Assembly: GCF_964355755.1 (NCBI RefSeq)
Contig: NC_092673.1
Location: forward strand, 6,882,001 to 6,946,000
DNA length: 64,000 nt
From: Antedon mediterranea
Taxonomy: Eukaryota > Animalia > Echinodermata
Direction: 5' to 3'
In this document: in pieces, positions 38,235-49,700 of the stretch
Layout of the letters: every line of letters starts with the position of its first letter
How positions within the stretch are numbered: position 1 is the stretch's first letter
Notes under the pieces: model-generated
Told to the model about the DNA's origin: nothing
Seen by the model: only the letters and a program-made list of their open reading frames with translations
Database searches by the model: none
Position numbers and translations under genes: made by a program

Positions 38235-41200
38235 TTAAGTTGACACTGATCCGTGTGAACACATTCGCCTAGTGGAAAACAGGCTTAAAGACACACATTT
38301 TTTTTGGGATCTATTTTAAGGTCACAAACATATTGTATTGTTACAAACAAATTATTATAGTAGTATACAAAAAAACAATCAGCAACAAGACAATGCGAGA
38401 TGATCAAGGCGAATCTAGCTAGCGTTACTGTATTTTTGTATGTAATACCACTGTTACCAGGCTTGAAGTAGTTTTTTTTTTTTTTTTTAACCTTATTTTA
38501 AATGAGGGTGATCCATCCAGCTATTGCTTATCATCAGAGACCTTCAGAGGTTAACAAGACAAACATATATATATAAGATGCTTTTACATAAACAAAGTCT
38601 TATTACAAGTCTTTGGGAGTGGAGTTGTAATTTGGTCCTTTGAAAAAATCCTGACATGTGACGGGACTTGAACCCAAGACCTTTGGAGTCGTAGCCAAGC
38701 ATCATAAACACCAAGCCACAACTCCACTCAAATTCCTACAATCCTAGGCATAGGGTAGAGTACATTAACATATAACTTGGGTACTTCTTTTTATTTTTCT
38801 CTCTTTATCATATTTAACTATAGAACATACTTTAAGACAAGAAATGACCTATTTTTATAGTTTTTAAGTAATATTATTATTTAAAAAACATTAACAACTG
38901 AAGGAAACGTGTCTTTAAGGTCTGTGAATTTAAAAAAAAAGGATAATTTGTTAGGTACTAAGGAGGTCACAAGAAAAACTATTCTATGCCTAATTAATCA
39001 GCTATTTTGTTATGATTTACACGTTGTGTCTATAAACAGCTACAAATTAGTAATTGCAATTGAAAAAATATCACAAACATCACAAACAAGTAAGGATTTA
39101 TGCAGGCTGCTAGTTGCGCATTTTAAAATATGAATGATGTATTGATCCCCAAAAAATATGAAACCATTTCGCAGCTTAAAGTTAATCACTTTAGTAGAAT
39201 AAACAGAACAGTATAAAAATAAAGTTTTTACATATAAAAAAATATGAACAAACAACGTCAGCAACAGCAAGTATGGATTCATGCAGGTTGCTAGTTGAGC
39301 ATTTTAAAATTAATGGTACAGTATTGTTCCCAAAAAACATGAAAACATTTCGCAGCTTAGAAGTTAATCACTTCCGTCAAACACCAATTGACTTCCAGTC
39401 AATTTAACTACTATTTACTTAAATTTTTTTTTATTTCACGCTTAAAAATTGTTCAATACAACAATGTTATTGTTTTTATTGATCATTACGTCATTTGAGA
39501 CTTGTAACAATAGTATTTTCATTGAAGATAATGGTTAATAAATGATTATCTTTTTGTTCTAGGATGAAAACTTTTTGAATTTCTTTTGTTTATTCCAGAA
39601 AAAGTGTATAATTATCTGTTTAAAGTAAGTTGTCCTTTATTGTGCATAGCATAAACAGGGTCCTGGGTTCAAGTCCCGTCACATGTCAGGATTTTTTCTA
39701 AGGAACAAATTACTCCACTCCCAAAGACTTGTAATAAGACTTTGTTTATGAAGAGCATCTTGTGTATATGTTTGTGTTGTGAATCTGATGATCAGCAATA
39801 GCTGGATGGATCACCCTCATTAAAATTAAATATGGTTAAAAAAAAAACAACAAAAAAACAGGCCTTATATCCTGTTTACACTGCAACTACAGTATTACCA
39901 TCAGCATTATATAATGAAAGTGAGTGACAGCCACACAGTTTTAATTAATACAAGGCGCACAGTAGACTCATTCTGTTTGCGCAGTTTGAGAATTTCATTT
40001 AACACTAATTGGTAGTATTATTAAAAATTGTCATAGAGACAAATATCTCAATCATGGTGGTACGATCAAGAGTCCTGCTGTTTTCCTAAACACTTCAATC
40101 ATTAACTTATTAGTTGGCTTCTTGCACAAAGTTTAATCAAACATGAACAGCAATATATCTATAATCGAAACTGTTACCTAAATATTTATGTGAATCTTAT
40201 TAAGATTAAAAGCAAAAGTTATTGTATACAATATTATGAGACACAAGATACAAATTAATTTATTGGTTATAATGTTATAATCAATCATTTCGAATTGACT
40301 TGAGTGCATACAACAATTATCTCATCAGACAACAAGTAGACGAGACAGATTTATCTTTTTCAACCATTATGACATAAGTTAAAATAAAGATGTAATATTC
40401 ATACAGGAACACAATGTTTTCTTAATCAGTGGGAAAAAAGAAATGCTAGTGCCAAAATGTATGGGCGGCCATTAGGGCTAAAATAGACAAACGTTGCCAT
40501 ATGAACAATTCCGCTCCGGTAAGCCAAACAAATGGCGTTAAAGACATTATTTTTCGATTGACAAACAAATATTGCCATATGAACAAATTGATGAAAGAAT
40601 ACATTGCTGTATGGTTAATTTGAAATATGGTTAAATTGTCGAAAGGACAAAATTTGGCATAAGGACAAAAATTGGCGCAAGGACAAAATGGCCGAAAGGA
40701 CAAAAATTGGCGCAAGGACAAATTGGCGTGCAGTCTAACTAAATTTAAACGTTGAGGGCATCATGCAACCACTACGCAATAGGAAACGAACCATGAAACT
40801 TTTCTGCAAAACTTTTGATTGATTAGAGTCATCAACTCCGAGTAGTGTATTGTATGGCATCTCTACATACAGTAAAACATCTAAAATATATTGCACTTGA
40901 TTTAGATTAATTTCCTTATTTTCGAGAGAAGTTGCACGGCACTGAATACTGTTTCCAAAGTTTGTTACAATTCTCACTTCCATGATTATTTTGTTAACCT
41001 CCGGCCCCATCACAGTGGTTTTAGTCACATGGTTTTAAAATACTATGCTGCCCTCAACGTTTAAATTTAGTTTGACTGTACGTCAATTTTTCCTTACGCC
41101 AATGTTTGTCCTTATGGCAATTTTGTCCTTGCGACAATTTTTGTACTTTCGGCAATTTTACCATACGGCAATGTGTGTCCGTACGGCAATATTTGTTTTG

Positions 41201-44200
41201 TCATTCGAGGAATTATTTCTTTAACGCCATTAGGTCGGCTTACGGGAGCGGAATTGTTCGTACAGCAACGTTTGTCTATTTTTGCCCTAATGGCCGCCCA
41301 TAAAAATGAACAATAATTTTAAACAATTTATATAAACTTAAAAGTTCTATATTGTTTACAAAATTTTTCAAAGACACTATAAATTAAACAATGGTTTTAA
41401 AATGATTTTAATAAACATTATCATGTTTATTAATTATACATTGTACCTGTACCTTGAATCTTTTATATTGTGTTTTCATTTTGTTCATGAAAATAATGTC
41501 ATGGTTAACAAAAATACTAAATTGCTCAATTCACAAACATTTACTATCATCATCCATTGTTAAAAGTAGCCGATCCCCCTCCCTCCACCCTCTTTAGTTT
41601 GCCAAGGTAATCTTAAGAGTACTTTTCTATAATAATGATGATATTTTAAGCTCATTGAACCAAAACCACTTTCAAAAGAAAAGTACTCCGGTCGGTGACA
41701 CTCAATAGTTATGGTGTGAACGGTAAAATCTCCAGAGTTCATAACACCGGGGTTGAACAGCTGAACGTTCTACTGAGGGCGAACTGCGGGAACACACAGG
41801 TGTTTTGGTATGAAAGGTACAAAACTCCAGAGTTTTTAGGTTAAAATGTCATCCTCACATGATCAATCATTGCTTTAGTTTTATTTCAAAATTTGTACAA
41901 AATATAGCGAATCTAAAAAATAATATAGTATAAATAAAACAATATCTTCTGAATATCTTTGAATATAATTATTGAATTAAAAATATACTCAATTGTAAAC
42001 AAACAAAACAGAGGGCGGTATTTATGATTTTATTTGAAAAAAACCCTGTTGTTGCCCTTTAGGTTGGTGTGAATGGGGTATCTTCAGAGTTTCTCAACGT
42101 TTTGAATGGTCTCCAGAGATCACCACAAAGTTTTGGTGTGAAGAAAGGTATACAGTATTATTGTTTTGGAATTGACCATAGGCAGATTTAGAGGCAAACA
42201 TCCAACCCAAGCCACTACCCTAAATAAAAAACTGCAATGCAAAATATAGGAAATAATGTATTGTTAAGTTCATCACTTCATTTTATTTATTATTTTATTG
42301 ATGTCTTTAGGCAGTGTGGCCAAGGATTACCAATACTAAATTAATCACTGTCCTATCAGATAGGTGGTAATCTGAATCTGAACCAGTTCAGGGGGTAACT
42401 CCCTACTCTTCTCGAATAATGAACTGGGTTTTAACTGTGTACACTGGACCTATGTTTTATAGTCCTACTCCGACTTGTTCCACCACCAGAACTAGGAGCG
42501 AGTCGGCCTCGAACCCTTGCAGATGTTGTTGACTCTTTAGGACATTTGACTCGCTCTACCTTTTTTAGGCCCTTTACACCCAATCCCCCACCCTTCAAAA
42601 TCAATGTTGTCCAAAACTGGTATTAAAAATGAAATTAGTAGTTGTTTAAGCTCTCTTCTTGAAAACCTCAATTGTATATTACAATATTTTAATCTCAGGC
42701 CTTGTCTTTGAAGGCGAGCGAGTGTGATCACTCACCTAACACACTCCTAAACTGCCCTTGAGGAGTGAGATTTACAACACACTTAAATTTTGTAAATTTC
42801 TACACACCAAAATACAAACAGCACACCTACAGCACCCCTGAATGTATTGAGGAGTGCAATTTGTAGCAAACCTATAATTTTCAAAAAGACAAGGCATGTA
42901 ATTTATTATGATTATATACTGTACTTTTATTAATTTCAGGAGTATTCCAGGCTAGATATAAAAATGGATGAAGCCAACTGCAGCAATCTTTGTTGTTCAC
43001 AAAGAGACAACGCATCAGAAGATTACGATAATGTTTCGGTGATTCAGTCGGTTATCATCGCTCTTTTGATACTACCAACCATTATCGGAAATCTGCTAGT
43101 TATCACGCTTATCTGTAAATACCGCCCTCTGCACACAATGACATCTGTACTTCTAATGAATCTGTCGATTGCCGACTGTGGTGTTGGAATTTTCGTCACA
43201 CCTTTCGCTTTTCTTAACAGCCTGTCTACAATAACCGACGTAACCGGTCTTTGCAAAGCTAGTGGCATATTGAATGTAACATTCTGTCTGACGAGTACGA
43301 CAACGCTCACTGCGATTGCAATAGAGCGATACTGTGCAATTACTCAGCCTTTTCGGTATCACAAAATTGTGACACAACAAGGGCTTACGATAACCATAAT
43401 CCTAATATGGTCACTATCTTTCTTATGGTCGATAATTCCTTTCGCTTTTGACAACAACTACATATATTTTCCAGACAACTACGTCTGCATTCTTGATTTT
43501 TCAAATTTGAAAATATTCTCAAGTTTAATAACTACAATTTGTTTTGTAATTCCATTATGTACAATTTCATTTTGTTATATTTCAATTTATATAGTTGCTA
43601 AGCAACAGTTGAAAAAGATCAATGACATACAGGTCGCAGGTCATCGACGATCTTGCACGGATGAGCCTAGTCTACAAGAAACCGAGATAAGCAATAATGC
43701 CATAGAGAGCGAAGAATCTTCACGGAATCGACGAACATCACGGTCTAAAGGAGTTCAAAAATCTCGCAAAAGCAACGGAATAACAAAATCAACTAAAACA
43801 ATTAAAGAACTTAAAGCCGCGTTCACACTATTAGTTGTAATGGCTATTTATCTTATTTGCTGGTTACCGTACAATTTAGGAATCATATGTCACATATCGG
43901 AAGATTGCAGATGGAGCTGTATGTTTTATCGTATGTCAACTATCCTAGTCCTTGTCAGCTCAATGTGCAATCCTATTGTGTATTTTATACGTTTTAAACA
44001 GTATCGTAAATATCTCAAGATGATGTTCAAATGCCAGAAAAATGACAATCCTATTGTAGTATTATCAATACACTGATGTTGTCATTTTAGAGAATTGCTA
44101 AATTGGTTTTGCGATTCATATCTATAAGCCTCAGTCAGTAAATTAATGTCTCCCAAATGTTTAGAATAAATCTAATACTAGAATCGGGTAAATACAGTAT

Positions 44201-45185
44201 CATTTAGTTTTGTACTTGGTTCATATTTTTTTTGGTACCTTGCTTTCCAAAATTTATTAAAAAATAAATTGGCTGACAAAGTACTGTAAGTTGGTCTGAG
44301 GAAACTTTTCACACCGTTTCCTGATGTCTCAAAAATGAAAAAAAATGAAAAAATTCGGTAAATGTTGAACTTTTGTGTTACTGTAATTTACTTGTTTGCA
44401 TTGTTGTAAAAAATCTGTATATATTTATTAATTATTAGTTGTAAATTGTACATCTTTTTTTAAATATTTCTGTTTTTGAATTAAAAACTTTCAATAAAAT
44501 TTGATTGATGCATTTCATTTCTTGACAATTAGTACGTAGCTTAGTCTTGATTTATACGCATGACACGGTTACAGTCCCGCGGCAGCACATAAAGTCAATA
44601 TTTCGTGTTCATGCGGCTGTTGATTGCCACATAGCCGCATGGAGCATTGTGAAAACAAAACACCGATGTTTAATTTTTGATTTGCCGAAACTGGACTGGA
44701 ACAGGTGTAGAAACCCCTGGACAACGGTAGTACTTAAATAAACTAATGTGTCATACTGTACCATATCAAAGCTTCTGGTTGCTGAAAGTATGATAGGCCA
44801 GGAGGACATCACCACCCATCATATATTATTTTATAATACCACACTGTCTGCCCTGAATTTATTTTATTTTAATTAAGAAGAATAAGGAAACAAAAATGTT
44901 TGTACTTTACCTATTTGGTGTAACATTACTGCAAGGAGGAACAGTAGAGACTGGTCTTGGAGATTCACCATGCAGTGAAACTGATTCCCGATTGCACAAC
45001 GCCTTGGACGTGGTGTTGGGACTTCTTAGCCCTACTACAGAGGTTGAGTTCATTTCAGGCCCAGCAGGAGAACTTGAGCTGGAGGAGGGTGAGGCTGCGG
45101 CAGGTGACAGCCACTTTCGGCTAAGTCCAAGAGACCTTCGTTTAGACATAGAATTTGACTTAAATTGAAGAGGAGTAGTAGACAT
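31137..45185 (-). CDS. SWI5: DNA repair protein SWI5 homolog (~202 aa); exons 44911-45185, 37169-37217, 35974-36098, 34755-34849, 31137-31201
   Basis: Spliced product contains RNFKATFKSP, a coiled coil, then ELQVHIEKLHEYNELKDAGQMLLGKIA-TLEGRTTKEMYEKFGLDLDD*, the Swi5/Sae3 domain. All introns are GT-AG and in phase (2,0,2,1). Exon 1 (Ser/Pro-rich) is the least certain. Confidence 0.9.
31885..33450. mobile_element. Foldback-type element with long modular inverted repeats, in SWI5 intron 4
   Basis: Left arm (31885 to ~32490) of CCAAAATACGTCAACTTGAGGGCGCTA subrepeats is mirrored by the right arm (~33090-33450); AT-rich non-coding centre. Confidence 0.75.
33780..34735. repeat. Degenerate (CAC/CAT/TAC)n trinucleotide low-complexity tract
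   Basis: Direct reading; intronic in SWI5. Confidence 0.9.
35691..35870. mobile_element. Palindromic MITE (Harbinger-like)
   Basis: AGCGTGGTTCCCACTGG...CAAGGACGTAACGCAACGCAAG mirrored by CTTGCGTTGCGTTTACGTCCTTG...CTAGTGGGAACCAAGCT. Confidence 0.75.
36210..36513 (-). mobile_element. tRNA-derived SINE with Deu-domain-like core; degraded copy at ~42385-42530
   Basis: - strand head GAGTGGCCGAGCGGTTAAGAC (A box) ... GGTTCGAGGC (B box); core GGATAAGGACTATAAACCGTAGGTCC...TTAAAGAACC...GAGTAGG..GTTACCCCGGTG resembles the DeuSINE domain (from recall); A-rich tail. Confidence 0.75.
38497..38728 (-). mobile_element. tRNA-derived SINE
   Basis: - strand GTGGCTTGGTG (A box) and GGTTCAAGTCC (B box); A-rich tail; second copy at 39657-39827. 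Confidence 0.75.
39657..39827 (+). mobile_element. 5'-truncated copy of the same SINE in the opposite orientation
   Basis: GGGTTCAAGTCCCGTCACATGTCAGGATTTTTTC...GGATCACCCTCATT is the reverse complement of 38500-38676. Confidence 0.75.
40460..41302. mobile_element. Non-autonomous DNA transposon with ~250-300-bp TIRs, flanked by TA
   Basis: TATGGGCGGCCATTAGGGCTAAAATAGACAAACGTTGC mirrored by GCAACGTTTGTCTATTTTTGCCCTAATGGCCGCCCATA; inner arm ends CTAAATTTAAACGTTGAGGGCA at ~40739 and its mirror at ~41049. Confidence 0.85.
42964..44076 (+). CDS. Single-coding-exon class A orphan GPCR (amine-receptor/GPR161-like), 370 aa, nested antisense in SWI5 intron 1
   Basis: GNLLV, NLSIAD, C3.25, AIERY, Pro in TM5 (FVIP), KAAFTL, CWLPY, NPIVY; Asn at position 3.32; splice acceptor tttcag at 42934-42939 just upstream of the ATG. 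Confidence 0.93.
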   Translation: MDEANCSNLCCSQRDNASEDYDNVSVIQSVIIALLILPTIIGNLLVITLICKYRPLHTMTSVLLMNLSIADCGVGIFVTPFAFLNSLSTITDVTGLCKASGILNVTFCLTSTTTLTAIAIERYCAITQPFRYHKIVTQQGLTITIILIWSLSFLWSIIPFAFDNNYIYFPDNYVCILDFSNLKIFSSLITTICFVIPLCTISFCYISIYIVAKQQLKKINDIQVAGHRRSCTDEPSLQETEISNNAIESEESSRNRRTSRSKGVQKSRKSNGITKSTKTIKELKAAFTLLVVMAIYLICWLPYNLGIICHISEDCRWSCMFYRMSTILVLVSSMCNPIVYFIRFKQYRKYLKMMFKCQKNDNPIVVLSIH

Positions 45186-46081
45186 TGTAGCTGTTACTTT
45201 GATCTACACTTTTTGTAGAGATTAAAAATGACGACGGAACATTATTCACGTCATTTTTAATTCATATTTTCGCGGTTTAGAAATGTTTTCCTCCATATTT
45301 TGACTTAATCACTCATGCATATCTCTTTTTGTAGACAACACTCCAGAGGGGGTACTAACAGTTTTTAAACTTTTATTTGGCGGAGGGTTCGCAAACAAAC
45401 TGCACGAATTATTTTGACTATAAGTACTAACAATTATTGATGGTACCAGTTCCTTAAAATGAACATAATATGCAAACTCATGTTACTCGAAGGAAAGTTA
45501 AAATCATACATCGTACAATGTTCTCAGAACAAGTCTTTCTGTCTTTCTTATATATACATTGTAAACATAAATACATAATTATCAAGGGAAGGGCTAAAAT
45601 ACTGCCCCGGCTCATAAACATTGAAGAACAAATAGTTAATAAATAAAAAAATAAAAATAAATAAGGGCAACCTTTCTAAACTTAATATATACTTAAACAT
45701 TTTGTTCTCACTTTCTCTCAAATATTATAATTCTCTTTTGAAACACAAATAATATTATCTTAAACAATGGTAGATAATTCAAATGTTGTTATTATCATTT
45801 TTTCAACTGGCGTAATTATACAAAATGTTTGTTTTATCTCAAATAATCCATTTACGAGGATTTGAATTACGGTATTTCAGATAAAAAAACGTTACATGTT
45901 ATATTTTGCTAATGATTTGAATAATTTCATTGAAAATAGACACAGCTGATCATGAAAGGTGGTACTAGGGGGTGGGGGGGGGGGGATACAAACACGTCAC
46001 GTGCACAAACCGGATACAACGTTAGGCGCGTAAATCTAACTTCCATGGTTATATTGCGCATTATCAATGCGTGCGTTGTAA

Positions 46082-46114
46082 ATACCATAGTAACCTTGCA
46101 TGTTGCATGGTAAC
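46082..46114 (+). promoter_or_regulatory. Two RFX X-box-like motifs upstream of ODAD3 copy B
   Basis: ATACCATAGTAAC (46082-46094) and GTTGCATGGTAAC (46102-46114), just before a probable non-coding exon ending at 46212|gtaagt that would splice to ttag|46716. Confidence 0.55.
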
Positions 46115-46727
46115 TGCCTCAAAACATTGAGATATTTATGTTTTACTTGTCGAAGTACAAACAGAGAAGAGCTGCATCAAGCATATATTTTCACTGAAAT
46201 AAATCGAAAATTGTAAGTTTTATTTATTTTTTTGTTTATATATTTAAAACAAAAACAATTAATTACAGTAGGAAGAAAAGTACGTTGAATGAAAGTGAGT
46301 AATTAACCATATAAAAAGTCTCATCACATAGACATTGATAGATGTAACCGCCAGGTAATACTAATAAACATAGGCATATCGCTAGTCTAGTACATATTTT
46401 CTGTTGGTATCCTGTGTGATACTTAGGCCTAGGTCGGTTATCGGGAGATCGATTAAACCACGAAAGAATAATAATTTATTTGGTAGCAAATAGGCCTAAA
46501 AAACACGCACACAAACAAAAACCAAAACAATTTGGGCCTAGGCTAGTGTACAGTATATTAGCAATCGGTACCCCACATTTGTCATGAATATGGCGCTGTG
46601 CATGGCTGGGACACATTCACCCATCATCAATCATATCATACCTTATTACACTCTACTTTTAGAACCTTACTTATTGAATAACATTTTGCACAAGATAATT
46701 CATATATTTCTTTAGATATAATTCAAA

Positions 46728-49700
46728 ATGTCAATGAAAACGGACGATTTAAATGGCTGGAGCATCTATGACCATATTGAGGAATACAGAGGAAAGCTTG
46801 GCCTAAAAGGTATGCATCTGTACTAAAATAATTTAATGCATTTTAAAGTATATGAACGAATAATACAAATAATTATAATAATGTGTGACGTAGTCTGAAG
46901 AAACCAAAATAGTTTGAAGTAAGATAATATATTATTATTGAAATTAAATCAATAGACGGGTAATGAATATATTCACAAAGAAATTTTGTTCAATATTTTT
47001 TTTCTCCAAATATTATCATTCGTTGACTAGCCACCATGATTACTATCAGTTATCCATTATTTTAAAAAAATGTTTAATTTATTTTGTTATTAATTTATTT
47101 TATTCAATGCTTTATACATTATTTATATGTATGTATGATATTTAGAACGTGACCACAAGGCGTACTATGAGAGCTCCCAATTCAACAAGAAGATGAACGA
47201 AGAAGAAATATCGATTCTCCGCCGCAATCTGAAAATGAAGAGGGTTGATCTTTCGGAACACACACGTAATGTAAGTGTAGTAACATTACATATTCTGAAT
47301 CATACTCCTATAGGCCTACATAATAATTAAATTCATTATATTATACATATATTCATTACTATTAACAATTATCCTATAGAGAACCCCTCTTAAGGGTAGA
47401 CCTAATTCGGGACCCATCAAACTCTCTGCTGGGGTGTCCTCTGAATAGGGATTGGTCGTATACGGTATACGAAATGATCCATTTAATAATGGTGTTCCCT
47501 TGATACGGGGTGACAACTAGTAGTTCAAATTCAAATAACATTTATTTCATTAAATGCCATACAAATAATACACAGCATAACAAATGAGGACCAAATAAAC
47601 TTATATCAATCAATTCAAATGTTGTATTATTCATGGTAGATAAAAACAAATTAACAATTTATAAAACAAATTATTATTTTTTCCTACAAGATGATCCTAA
47701 TTTTTTTTATTATCTGAAAAGGGAGATAAAAGAGTTATTGTTGATGCATTTTCTGGAAGAAGGAAAGATCAACTCGCCTTTCGAAGAAAGACAGCCGAGG
47801 TAAGATTCGAAATGTGAACAACCTAACAACTGCATGAGTGTAACTTTAAACTGTAATATAATAATATTAATACAATACAATACAATACAGTAAAATTAAG
47901 GGAAAATTCTGAACGATTACGAATAGGAGGCTAAGGAAACACAATTTAAAATTAAATGTTAAGAAACACTGTTGTGCATTGAGAGAAAAATATTTCACAC
48001 GTACTTAGAGTTAAGAATGAAGCTTCTTCAGAATCGTATAGGTTTAGGCCTATTATCCGAGGTGAGTGATCCTTAACAAGGGTGGATCAATAGGTGTACC
48101 AAAGTAGGGCTTTCTACTCTATTTGAATTTGATTAATGATAACATTTTTCAGTCTGCTGTAGCCGAAATGGATCAGAAAACATGTGAGAAAGCCAAGTAT
48201 TTAAACGCGTTGATGTACGAACGCAATGAGAAAGAAAAACGCGTTCAGGAGTTGGAAACTACCTTGGAAAGATCACAGACGCAGGCCGACAATGAGGAAG
48301 ATATGTTCGAGAAAAATGAATTAAAAGTAAACATATTATACTCAATTACTTAAACAAAGCACTCATACCTTACAGGCGAAGTAATACGTAGCTAATGATT
48401 ACGTGTTAGTTAATAAGCTTTATAGCAATATTAGTTATTATATCATGATAGTGTATATAGTGTGTCTAGATGGGATATAAATATAATGTATTTAATTTTG
48501 TAATATACAGTCTATTCGAATCATCGAGAACAATTTGGAAAAAGCTGACACTAAATATCGAACGGCAAGAAAGATCCACGTGAACTACAAAGAGATTGTA
48601 GCGTGTCTTGAAGAGGTACGTGGGCTCTGATAACACATAGGCAGATCCAAGAAAGATTTCCAATGAAGGAATCCACTTCTGTCTAGGGCCATCGGCCCAT
48701 GGTTTCCGCTATTTACCAAATATTTTTGATAAATAAATAAATAAACCCGGTCTGGTCCTAAAATTTGAAAGTACAATGCCAAAAAAAAAAGGAGATAGAA
48801 CATAGAGTTATTCAGCTCTTCCACAATGTTTACGCTTTGGACCCCCACCCTAATTTAAAGATACTGGATCATTCGCCACTGACGAACCAACCTCAATACT
48901 TAACACACAGTAAGCCGACGTTGATAAATAATGATATGAGCAACTAAAATGTTCATCAGTGCTTTTAAGCAAAAGAAAATATTCAAAATTTAAGCACATG
49001 TTTACTCTTAAGTCCAGCGCGATCGAGCCTTTAATTTATTAAATATGCAAACCACTATATACTCTTCATGTATTCCGCAATGCTATTAGTTTTATATGAT
49101 AAAGACAGTAGCGAGATTTTGTTTCGGGAAAGAGGAACAATACAGTCCCGATAATAAAAACGGCTCAAACGCATTAGCATATTAATCTTAATTGTATTTA
49201 ATTAAATATTATACCGTTTATTCTCAAAATTAAAACTTGTTAATAACTTTAAATATAAGAATGGTGGTCATCTGTCTAAAATTTCAAATTAAAAACTAGT
49301 AGTAAAGTGTATACATCATTTTCACGGGTGGATTGCTATAAAACAGTCTTAACTGATGGTCTTAACTCCCCGATTAAAGCCGGCTTTATCAGATAGACGG
49401 TCTTACTAAAGCCACCCCTGTTAGACCATTGCTATAAAACAGTCTTAGATAAGACCGCGTAAAGTAACAAATTGAGGGCGTACTTTGCGCGTAGAATACC
49501 AAATAAGGTAATGTTCGTCACGCTTGTTCAATTCACAATCATAACAGTACGTACATTTCTACGCGAGAAAATCCATTCTAGGCCTATAAGAATAAAATCA
49601 TCGTTATTATTTGATTTAACACTTAAAACTCGTTCAATTGGTTGTCTTTGACGATAAATAATACGTAAAAGCAACAAAAAGAGAGGTTTAAGACTGTTTT

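Noticed and set aside
36400-38728. tRNA genes at ~36430-36513 and ~38655-38728
   Set aside because: A and B boxes run into SINE bodies and tails that have second copies in the window; no clean cloverleaf.
42964-44076. Naming the GPCRs GPR161, HRH2 or HRH3
   Set aside because: Motifs support only class-level calls; orthology requires a phylogeny.
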